Shown here piece by piece: positions 13,126-23,530 of a stretch of DNA of 64,000 nt. The stretch comes from Octopus sinensis (Eukaryota): NCBI RefSeq assembly GCF_006345805.1, contig NC_043001.1, positions 109,430,001-109,494,000 on the forward strand, given 5' to 3'. Position 1 is the stretch's first letter, and each line of letters starts with the position of its first letter. A model generated the notes under the pieces. It saw only the letters and a list, made by a program, of their open reading frames with translations, was not told the DNA's origin and searched no databases. A program made the translations under genes and the position numbers.

Positions 13126-13980
13126 AGTGACTTGGCATTTCGTCGGTTGCGACGACGAGGGTCCCAGTTGAACCGATCAACGGAACGGCCTGCACGTGAA
13201 ATTAATGTGTAAGTGGCTGAGCACTCCACAGTCAACAATGATACTTAAAATAATTTAATACACACGAGAACGCGGGATCCCTGCCCTTGGCATATAGCTT
13301 CAACCGTGTTTTCTGACGTGAATTTGCTACTCAGGTATCGGTTAACCGAATTATCCATACTAGGATAATTCATTCACCTTCTTAAATATATATATATATA
13401 TATATATATATGCCTGCACACACACGCACATCCATTCACACATCGCAAAAACATATACACATGCACACACACACATACGCATACCTGGAGACACCCAACA
13501 GTAAACATCACACATACACACGACTGGAGACACTCAAAACAAAACATCGCAGTTCAAACCTACGGACAGCAAAAAAAGGAAATGTTGAATTCCTTTTCTT
13601 AACAAGACATTCATCACAACATACACACCCATTAACACACAGCTGGTCACATTCCAAACATATTCAACGGACATTCAACACAATACTTATACGAGCACAC
13701 ACACATACACAAACACATGCACACACAGACACATACACACACACAGCTGGACATAAAACCCATTCAATAACTGTTTTTAAGTCACTCCCTCAGCAGGAAC
13801 CCACAGAGAATTTTTTATACAATAGACATCTACACCCCCACTCTTTCTCTCTAACATCTTGTACTCTATAGAAAATTATGTTTAAAGAAGTCTTCATCGA
13901 AAATACTCCAGAGATGTTTTGACCACCAAACATAGGATAAACTGTTTTTACACCAAACTTTTATAAAAATTGTTATTTTA

Positions 13981-14021
13981 GTATTTGATAAGATGAAATC
14001 TATCACCGAAACCGGTAATAT
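13981..14021 (+). ncRNA. Degenerate minimal type I hammerhead motif (U3-A8 core)
   Basis: gtat-TTGATAA-gatga aatcta tcacc-GAA-ACCGGT-A-atat; helix II 4/5 bp, palindromic helix III ACCGGT, helix I 4 bp including a G-U. Confidence 0.5.
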
Positions 14022-14409
14022 ACTATGTTTTCTTTATATATATTTTTAAAACATAATATTTAATACTTTCTTAATTGAAATACGTTAGATTTACGTCTCT
14101 ACTGTTTCTACATCCATGAAGGATATTTTGGGATATTTTAGGGTTATTTTTTGGTCGAGGCGGTTTCTTTTATACTCTTATAGGTATATTTTATAATTTG
14201 CACTACTATTTCAATAGCAATACAAATAAAACAAACCAAACGTCTTTTTAATTTTTCTTCATTTTCTTTTATTGACATTTTAATTTTATGAGACACTTTA
14301 CACACAAATATATATTGATGATCTTCCTATCAATATATTTGGTTAAACCCAGTTGGCATCAGAATTGTTTTTAACAATCCCTTGCGTGGATATTGCTTCC
14401 TCAAATTCT

Positions 14410-14491
<82 letters not shown>

Positions 14492-14775
14492 CATATATGC
14501 ATATATGTATATACATATATATACGCATATATATATATATATATATAATAGAAATATTAAAATAACTAAGTCTCTCTAAAAGAGAACAGCGGCAGCGTTC
14601 CCGGAAAATAATAGTTATCACCATACTAATATGGCATTCTTATAAAAATAAGAAAAAAGCTGTCCGCTTATTAGCTCCATGAGGCCATCGCTTAAGTTAG
14701 CTATTTGATACACAAACTGTATCCATATAACCTTCGAACAAGGGAGGTCAGTCGCTCCACACTACTTGACCGGCA

Positions 14776-14817
14776 GCTACAGACGCGTTTCGGGGTATTG
14801 CCCCTTTTCAATGCAGC
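14776..14817 (-). ncRNA. Minimal type I hammerhead ribozyme motif
   Basis: gctgca-TTGAAAA-gggg caata cccc-GAA-ACGCGT-C-tgtagc on the minus strand. Confidence 0.8.
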
Positions 14818-15089
14818 GTGGCCAGCCAGTAGGTGTCGCTTCCGACAATCTCAGTTCGATGGTTTTATTTACTAGTTTCGGTGGAATACATCCACTTGTT
14901 TTCAATAATAGAAATATTAAAATAACTAAGTCTCTCTAAAAGAGAACAGCGGCAGCGTTCCCGGAAAATAATAGTTATCGCCATACTAATATGGCATTCT
15001 TATAAAAATAAGAAAAAAGCTGTCCGCTTATTAGCTCCATGAGGTCATCGCCTTAAGTTAGCTATTTGATACACCTACTGGCTGGCTAC

Positions 15090-15131
15090 GCTGCATTGAA
15101 AAGGGGCAATACCCCGAAACGCGTCTGTAGC
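15090..15131 (+). ncRNA. Minimal type I hammerhead ribozyme motif
   Basis: Helix I GCTGCA/TGTAGC, core TTGAAAA 15096-15102, helix II GGGG/CCCC, GAAA 15116-15119, palindromic ACGCGT, predicted GUC cleavage after 15125. Confidence 0.8.
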
Positions 15132-15451
15132 TGCCGGTCAAGTAGTGTGGAGCGACTGACCTCCCTTGTTCGAAGGTTATATGGATACAGTTTGTGTATC
15201 AAATAGCTAACTTAAGGCGATGGCCTCATGGAGCTAATAAGCGGACAGCTTTTTTCTTATTTTTATAAGAATGCCATATGAGTATGGCGATAACTATTAT
15301 TTTCCGGGAACGCTGCCGCTGTTCTCTTTTAGAGAGACTTAGTTATTTTAATATTTCTATTATTGAAAACAAGTGGATGTATTCCACCGAAACTAGGTAA
15401 ATAAAACCATCGAACTGAGATTGTCGGAAGCGACACCTACTGGCTGGCTAC

Positions 15452-15492
15452 GCTGCATTGAAAAGGGGCAATACCCCGAACGCGTCTGTAGC
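15452..15492 (+). ncRNA. Minimal type I hammerhead motif lacking one A of GAAA
   Basis: ccccGAAcgcgtc instead of GAAAcgcgtc; real mutation or sequencing indel. Confidence 0.6.
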
Positions 15493-15811
15493 TGCCGGTC
15501 AAGTAGTGTGGAGCGACTGACCTCCCTTGTTCGAAGGTTATATGGATACAGTTTGTGTATCAAATAGCTAACTTAAGGCGATGGCCTCATGAGCTAATAA
15601 GCGGACAGCTTTTTTCTTATTTTTATAAGAATGCCATATTAGTATGGCGATAACTATTATTTTCCGGGAACGCTGCCGCTGTTCTCTTTTAGAGAGACTT
15701 AGTTATTTTAATATTTCTATTATTGAAAACAAGTGGATGTATTCCACCGAAACTAGGTAAATAAAACCATCGAACTGAGATTGTCGGAAGCGACACCTAC
15801 TGGCTGGCTAC

Positions 15812-15853
15812 GCTGCATTGAAAAGGGGCAATACCCCGAAACGCGTCTGTAGC
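15812..15853 (+). ncRNA. Minimal type I hammerhead ribozyme motif
   Basis: Identical to 15090-15131. Confidence 0.8.
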
Positions 15854-16514
15854 TGCCGGGCAAGTAGTGTGGAGCGACTGACCTCCTTGTTCGAAGGTTA
15901 TATGGATACAGTTTGTGTATCAATAGCTAACTTAAGGCGATGGCCTCATGGAGCTATAAGCGGACAGCTTTTTCTTATTTTTATAAGAATGCCATATTAG
16001 TATGGCGATAACTATTATATATATATATATATATATTATATTATATATATATATATATATATATATGCATACACACACATATATGCATTTATATAAGAGG
16101 TGGGTTTTTTGATAAATATTAAACAAAACCAGGTAAATTTTCTTCATTAATTATTTATTATTACTTGCATGCTGGTATGATTTTAACACGGGCATTTATC
16201 ACTATACCTTTGGGCATCTTCGAAGTGTTTGGAACCCATTTCCAGTACATTACCCCGTAAAAAGATAATCACATTCAGCCAACATAATTTCAGCGACTCA
16301 CAGTTTAGAAAATATGTTTTAAAAACATATTACGCGCGTATAACCATGTGAATTAATTTGATCAATTAAGTGTTCACTACTTATACGTTTCAAATTACAA
16401 AAATTTTTGAGCACACAACAAATTTGGAAACAATCATATCGAATACGATAAGAAATATATATACATATATACATATATATATGTATGTATATATATATAC
16501 ATATATATATATAT

Positions 16515-16851
16515 AAAAACTTCCTTTGTATTTTTATTTTGTATTTGTTTTTTATTTGTATTGTTTTTACGTCCTGTTTTTGTCACATTTTTTTCTTTCC
16601 TTGTTTTTACCCCTCTGCAAAGAAATTTTATTTAATTCTTTCGCAGGAAGGGCTAGTTCGACGAGTCGTGTTCTGTCCTTACCTTCGAAACACGCATGGA
16701 GTCGAACTAGGGACATCTGATGAAGGGGAATTTTCCTTGTATTGTTTGTCTTGTACTCTGTTTTTTCGTTGTTAAAAAAAGTCCGTTTCCATGTTTTTAC
16801 GTTTTCGTTTCTCGTTGAGTTCTACGTCTATTTGTGGTGTCCTGTACTCAC
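16515..16851 (+). mobile_element. PLE-like terminal fragment between (AT)n tracts, carrying a permuted HHR-like motif
   Basis: T-rich body ending tgtcctgtactcacatatat; HHR-like motif at 16647-16723. Confidence 0.55.
16647..16723 (+). ncRNA. Non-circularly permuted hammerhead-like motif
   Basis: GAAGG/CCTTC (II), CTAGTTCGAC/GTCGAACTAG (extra helix), CGTGT/ACACG (III), TGTCC/GGACA (I), GAAA 16687-16690, CTGATGA 16717-16723. Confidence 0.7.
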
Positions 16852-16946
16852 ATATATATATTTATATATGCATGTATATATACATGTAGATGTAGGTACG
16901 TACATATATGTATGTATGTATGCATATATTTTATTTATTAATTTAT

Positions 16947-16986
<40 letters not shown>

Positions 16987-17204
16987 TGCATGAAATTCCA
17001 ACTTAGTCGGATTTTCAGGTTTAATTGTATTATCAAGTATTATCAAGCGTTACGCCATCATCATGATTATGTAGTTACATTCGTGTTCCACAATTGGCAT
17101 CTGTAGTGAAATAGTTAGATTTAGCTTTTAAATACCTTCCGACGGCCTTCAGCGAGCTTAATGTTATGAACTGTATTTTGACCAATCAGTAATTGGCTTA
17201 GATG

Positions 17205-17400
17205 TCACGGTGTGGTTATACTATTTATAGTGACACACAATCTGTGTCACCAAAATATCCTTAGCACGTGCAAAACAAAATTGCCAATCATTGTTCATAC
17301 TAATGAATTAAAGGATATAATCACTGACGAGGGTATGATTCTAAGTAAAAGACAGCCGAAGAACTTGAAACAATTTTTAACAAACACAAATTTTGACCTG
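17205..17400 (+). mobile_element. PLE RT-endonuclease linker fragment
   Basis: LFIVTHNLCHQNI...MILSKRQPKNLKQFLTNTNF matches the THNP...RQPxNLK linker pattern of PLE ORFs. Confidence 0.6.
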
Positions 17401-17849
17401 AGCAACAATGACAAATCAGCATGGCCGCAGCTCGGAGCTGAAACTAGAAAATAAAAACATATATACGACGGGCTTCTTTCAGTTTCTGTCTATCAAATCC
17501 ACTCACAAGTCTTTGGTCAGCCCGAGGCTATAGTAGAAGACATTTGCCCAAGGTGACACGTAGTGGGAATGAACCCAGAACCAAGTGGTTGGTAAGCAAG
17601 CTACTTACCACCCATCCACTCCTGCGCCTAGCTACTTACCACACAGTCACTTCTGCGCCTATGAGAATAATTTTATAACTTCGTTAAACCGAAGAACAAA
17701 ATATAAATAGGACCGCAGTTGGAATTGCTCAGGTGACACCGAGGCAAATGGAAAAAGAAATTGAAAGGTATAATGAATAAGCACTCCAATCAGTCAAAAC
17801 GACTTTATAACACTCACATATTATCATAAATCAAATATATATATATATA

Positions 17850-18450
17850 TTAAAACATCAGGGCATCCATTGGTAAAACCCAATAGCATAAAATATACAC
17901 ATATATACGAATAAAATGTGATGAAACCTCAAAGGATAATACGAATGAAGTTGAATGAAGAAAAATATATGGATAAAATTAATGCATAACAAAGGTGACT
18001 AAAATTTAAGGCTATGAAACCAAAATAATATGGATATAAATATATTAGTATAAAAATAAAGGGCAAAGTGATAACTAGGAAAGAGTCTGCACAAATGCAT
18101 CTCTACGATCGTTTTAAAGGATGTTGCCTCACTTTGTCAATGGTCAATTTTAAATTCTTTAAGGAAATCCAAAGGCAATGACCTTTTCTTTGAAAAGAAC
18201 GTACCCACGCATCTGTCCTTTATATATATATTTATATATTTATGTTTATATTATTTTGGCTTCGTTGCTTTAAATTTTAGTCGCCCATATTATACATTGA
18301 TTTAATCCATATATTTTTCTTCATTCGACGTCACTCGAATTACACTTTTAAGTTCTATCACCTTTTATTCGTATATATGCGTATATATATATGCGTATAT
18401 ATATATGCGTATACTATTGTGTTTTACAAATGGATGCCCTGATGTTTTAA
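17850..18450. mobile_element. Fold-back/MITE-like element: ~220-bp imperfect inverted arms, ~150-bp spacer, TA-flanked
   Basis: ttaaaacatcagggcatccatt(g/t)gtaaaac(c/a)caatag at both ends in opposite orientation; homology continues inward. Confidence 0.75.
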
Positions 18451-18529
18451 TATATATTTACATTAATATTTATATTTATATTAATGATAATATGGTAATG
18501 TTATAAAGTTGTTTTGGCCAATTAGAGCG

Positions 18530-18865
18530 TTTATTCAATATACTTTTCGATTCATTTCTACCGGTCAATATATGAACACAAAAACCGGAAGAATATTTAC
18601 AAACGGAAATATGAACAGCAAAAGCGGAAATTTAATTCACTGCATCAAATTGTCGAATTGTAAACAGATATTCGTTGGACTTTCTAGGAATGCATTTTCG
18701 GAGCGTTTACGTGTGCACCAACAGTAAATTATGGATCCTCATGTCCGTCAGGTACCTTTAAGCAACCATCTGGTAAAGTGTGCTCAAAATAAGTTTATAA
18801 TATTCCCATTCTACAAACTACAGATCTAGCCTTTCTCATTCGCAAATTGAGCCCCCGCTTAATTC
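18530..18865 (+). mobile_element. Decayed PLE GIY-YIG endonuclease fragment
   Basis: SKSGNLIHCIKLSNCKQIFVGLSRNAFSERLRVHQQ*IMDPHVRQVPLSNHLVKCAQNKFIIFPFYKL. Confidence 0.7.
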
Positions 18866-18904
18866 TGCTCAGATTGCTTTCAATTTTGGTGTATCGATGC
18901 AACT

Positions 18905-19090
18905 CTTTTACTCTCTTATTCTTTTACTTGTTTCAGTCGTTTGACTGTGGCCATGCTGGAGCACCGCCTTTAGTCGAGCAAATCGACCCCAGGACTTATT
19001 CTTTGTAAGCCAAGTACTTATTCTAAGAACAGCTAAGTTACGGGAGCGTAAACACACCAGCATCGGTTGTCAAGCGAAATTTTTTGGGGG
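18905..19090 (-). mobile_element. SINE family A tail
   Basis: tttcagtcgtttgactgtggccatgctggagcaccgcc...accagcatcggttgtcaagc. Confidence 0.8.
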
Positions 19091-19264
19091 GGACAAACAC
19101 AGTTGCACAAACATATACACACATATACACACCGTATGTTTTTATTGTCATCCGTTACGTTCTTGTTCCGATTTGGGGATGTATATATATACATATAGTG
19201 GCGCACATACACCTTTTGGTCACCATATATATATATACACACACATATATATATATATATACAT

Positions 19265-19295
<31 letters not shown>

Positions 19296-19307
19296 CATAC
19301 ATACATG

Positions 19308-19366
<59 letters not shown>

Positions 19367-19392
19367 CATGCATACATACATGCATACATACG

Positions 19393-19426
<34 letters not shown>

Positions 19427-19466
19427 CACATGCATGTACGTTTATGTGTGTGTGGGTGGGTGTTTT

Positions 19467-20488
19467 GGATCTTTTCTGTTTGATAGACGGAATTTTCTAG
19501 TTAACTAAACAATTTGAAACTTCGTATACTGGTAGAATGTGTCAAAAGAAAACATTATTGTGAACAAAATTGAAAACAAAATTGTAATTCGTAACTTAAA
19601 CGTAGTTTAATTTTACGAATTTTAACCAATGAAATCGCAGCATTCGAGCTCAAATTATTTACTGCGTCTAAAAACTCACACGCACACGTCTTATTCATCC
19701 TTGTCTCTTCTTCTGTCTTCTATCTTCTACATGTGCTAGAAATAACAGCTATATCTCTTAAATCGATGAATTTCGTCTCCCAATAAAAATATTAACGATA
19801 TTTTTTGAATATTTTCTTTATTTTTTTTACCGAAAAGGCTTCTCCCATGGTTTTGAAGGGCCAGAAACAACAAAAACAAAACAATAATATGCCTAAATCG
19901 GTCTCGAGTTTGCGCGTGGAGTGTGAGTAGTATTGTAAAAATTTGCGAAATATTTTTTCATAAAAGCTATGATATAAATTGGGAAAAAAATCCTCGGCAC
20001 CAGTGCGTAATTGGTACTTAATTTATCGACCCCGAAACGATGAAACATTGCCCCCCTTCTGGTTTATTTACCTTTTGTGCAAAATAGTTGCGGCAAGTGG
20101 CAAAACACGAACGTGTATGTATGCTTGTGTGCGTATGTGTGTGTATGTATATGTCCATTTGTATGTGTGTGTACGCTTATATATTAATTACTATGTACTT
20201 GTGCAAATGTATATGCATGTGTTTGAGAGAGAGAGAGAGAGTGTGTGTGTGTATGTGTGTGTGTGGGTCGTGCGTCTGCTATATTTCTTTATCAATATCG
20301 ATAACGCAGTAATGCTGGGATTTCATTGGTTAAAATTCGTAAAATTAAACTACGTTTAAGTTACGAATTACAATTTTGTTTTCAATTTTGTTTACAATAA
20401 TGTTTTCTTTTGACACATTCTACCTGTATACGAAGTTTCAAATTTTTTAGTTAACTAGAAAATTCCGTCTATCAAACAGAAAAGATCC
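19467..20488. mobile_element. Non-autonomous DNA transposon, Merlin-like (GG...CC ends, ~178-bp TIRs, 8-bp TSD)
   Basis: TIRs 19467-19644 and 20311-20488 are near-perfect; TSD ggtgtttt at 19459-19466 and 20489-20496. Confidence 0.8.
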
Positions 20489-21776
20489 GGTGTTTTTGTT
20501 CGCTTTCCACCACCGCTTGACAACAAATGTTAATGTGTCACAGTAGCTTAGCGGTTGGGCTTAAGAATAAGTCCCAGCTGAAAAACTCCTAAGTACTAGG
20601 ATCGAGTCATTCGATTGGAAATACTTCAGGGTCATTGCCCCTGCATGGGCGTTGTCTAATGCCTGAGATTTGTAAAAAGAAAAAAAAAGAAAAATGACTG
20701 ACAAAAATACTTAGATGATGTCATTCTATACAAGATCACTGTCACCGAATTACGTTACCTGTAATAATACTTTCTACTCTAGACACAAGGCCTGAAATTT
20801 GGGGCGATGGGGGCCAGTCGATTAGAAAACTTTCAGAGAAAGTTCTGTAAAAGTTACTTGCCAAAGTATTTAACAGCCACATACGTGACGCTTGAAAACA
20901 TCTGAGCGTGAAAACATCTGGTCTTCCATCACTTCCTCTTCGCAAAACTTTATGGTTTTTAAAATAGCAAGTCTAATATGAGCTCTGTTTTATTTCACGT
21001 CAATCTGGATACATTATTTTATATTTAAATATGGTCATAAAACGTTTTCACCATATCAGAAGAGTTAATATCTTTCATTTTACGTGATTAATTACCAAAT
21101 TACAGAGGTTCTATATTTTATCAGGCGGTCAATGTTTCTATAATTAAAGGCAAACAAATTAGCCGGAATTTGTATATCATTTGTATATAATTTGTAAAGA
21201 TACGAAGTTCTCATTTATCTAAATAAATAGAATTCTGACTTTGCAATCATACAAAAATTTTAATTTAATTCTTTATTAAAAGCTTCTCAGGCATCCAAAC
21301 AGAACAGAAGCAAATCATGGCAATATAAGATCTAACATTCTTTTGAAATAAAACTGAAATTCTACATCACTGATTATTGAGAAAACATCTACAATGCTCC
21401 CAGTCATGTTAAGCATTTTCTGCTGTTTATAAACAGCTAGCAATAAAAATCCATTAGTTTTGATAATGAATCACAATCTATAAAGAATGATAAGGTTATT
21501 ACATGCACGCCCATATACACAAAGACTCGCTCATAATCAAAAACAGGCACGCTCACGCTAAAAGACACCTCCCGGACTTCATGTATATATATAGGGAGAG
21601 AGAAGCAATTATGTGGATAAACAGCTTATTATCCGCTCACATTGATTTGTCTTATAGCCACCCTTTACCTCGCGGAGTTCGTCCCTCGTTAAGACATCGG
21701 ATTTTTAGTTCGAATCTTTGAGCAATAAAAGTGTAAAGCGTTTTCTGTTTCAAGAACGTCTCGTGCATCTGGCAAA

Positions 21777-21812
<36 letters not shown>

Positions 21813-21968
21813 TATATACAAAAAGCAATAAAGATTCAAGTTAATTTAAATGAATTTACTTGAATATGGTACCTAACTTAGATGCACCAAAAAACAACTA
21901 TACGGTTTTAACAATACAGTAATGTGGGGTGATTATAAGCGAGAAAGAAGCAACAAGAATGGATAGGT

Positions 21969-22059
21969 TTTTAGTACAATCGTTTCATACAAGGACAGGC
22001 TTTATTAAAAGTTGCAAAAATTGCAGCATATAAACGTGTCCCGTACTCATCAGCTAAAA
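21969..22059 (-). ncRNA. Type I hammerhead ribozyme motif with extended helix II
   Basis: TTTTAG-CTGATGA(22053-22047)-GTACGGGACA...TGTCCTTGTAT-GAA-AC gatt GT-A-CTAAAA; predicted GUA cleavage between 21975 and 21974. Confidence 0.8.
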
Positions 22060-23530
22060 TACATGTGAGTTCTCTAGACATCCTAGTGGTTGAGGCTATA
22101 CTCATGAAGTAATGTAGATAATTAAGTAACATAACAGATTTCCAAAGTTCATTAAAGTTCTTTAAAGATGATGTACAGTCTTATCACAGAATTTTAAAAA
22201 AGTTTTAATAGCATCACAGAGAAGGTGACTTAATCCATAGTGTACATATGAATTTCCAGAGATATGAGGAGGGATTACATACTCATAGACGACAAATTTA
22301 TCCATTGCTAATCACAACGAGGTGGGTCTCAATTCCTGCTTATTAGCATTACAGAGAGGGTGAATTAATTCTTTGTATAGATGCACAATTTCCAATGGTG
22401 TAGATGTAAATTTCCAGAGAAATGAAGAGGAATTTCATATTCACATGCGATAAATTTATCAATGGTTGAACACAATGAGGTAGGTATCAATTCTTGCTAT
22501 ATGATTAGGTATTTGCCACATTAATCACATTACTGCTATTTTCAAGAGACTGTAGCTATTTAACTTTTAAAGGCTGAAGGGCTTTCTAGAGAGGCAAAGA
22601 ACAGAAAAGGGAAGGAAAGAGAAGAAAAGATAGAAAATAAAGGAGGAGGGAGCAAAAGGGGGGGACTAAAAGAGAAGAGAAAAGGAAAAAGAAAAAAAGA
22701 AAAGAGAATAAGAAGAAGAAAAAGGAAAAAGAGAAAAGAGAAAGAAATAGGGAAAGAAGGGAAAAAAGAAAAAGAAAAAAAGAGGGTTCTAGTTATACAG
22801 AAGAATTAGTAGACGGCAAGTCTGGTTTTAATTTACAGGCATCTAGGAACTAGAGGAGAATATTATTCTTTGACCAGTAAAACAGCTAATTTATTGTTGT
22901 TGAAAGCAGCTATGAATTTAAAGAGAATCTAAAGAGATAACACGGTCAGGGGTTTAGGTGTCAAAGGCTAAAATCAAAAGAAAATACATTAGGAAAATCT
23001 AAGTATAATCTTATCAAAAAGTCTTTAAAATTTATTTATTTAATTTATTCATTTTACTGTCTTAAGGAGTTGCCGTTATTATTCATACATTGACGGACTA
23101 CAGGTCAAATCTTAGAAGATCATTTACAAGGTGTTAGGGAATTGTCTATCATAATGAAGATAATCATATTATCACCGAGGGAGTAGCCTTATTTATTTAA
23201 TTTTGAAATAGAATTATGGGGTTTTAGTAACTCATTTTATTTTATTAAAGTTATGCTACTTAAATTAGATTAAGTTAAGAATTAAAATTAAAAATTAAAA
23301 TTAAGATTTAAAATTAAGATTTAAAATTATGAGTTTGAAATTAAATAAAGCCTCAATTAAGCAGCGTATAAGTACTATTCATTTCCCTGTTCTCAAAAAA
23401 CTGATGCAGATATAAGGAAAAAGAAAAAGATAACTGTAGTGTGAGAACTCTTAGTTATCTACTTAAAGCAGTGCTATACTAGTAAAAATCAAGTTATATC
23501 TATCTATCTATCTAGTTACGAATATTCTAA

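Larger units (their letters stand above)
14547..16016. repeat. ~362-bp unit tandem + inverted array (PLE pseudo-LTR / retrozyme-like) inside (AT)n
   Basis: One arm ~1.5 units (14547-15074), opposite arm ~2.6 units (15071-16016); HHR spacing 362 and 360 bp; copies differ by only a few substitutions and 1-nt indels. Confidence 0.95.

Noticed and set aside
13296-13380. ctgacgt plus 9-bp hairpin GAATTATCC/GGATAATTC; ~26-bp motif shared with 36066-36090
   Set aside because: No GAAA/NUH pairing, so it cannot be assembled into a ribozyme
14547-16016. CRISPR-like or satellite interpretation of the regular repeats
   Set aside because: No unique spacers, 362-bp units, eukaryotic context; only about 4 units with an inversion
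16717-16740. Conventional type I/II/III hammerhead around CTGATGA
   Set aside because: No GAAA follows the downstream hairpin and no helix I hairpin exists for type II; only the non-circular arrangement pairs fully
21470-21780. Solo-LTR-like stretch (TATA-like run, AATAAA, ends ACA)
   Set aside because: No TSD, partner LTR or PBS identified
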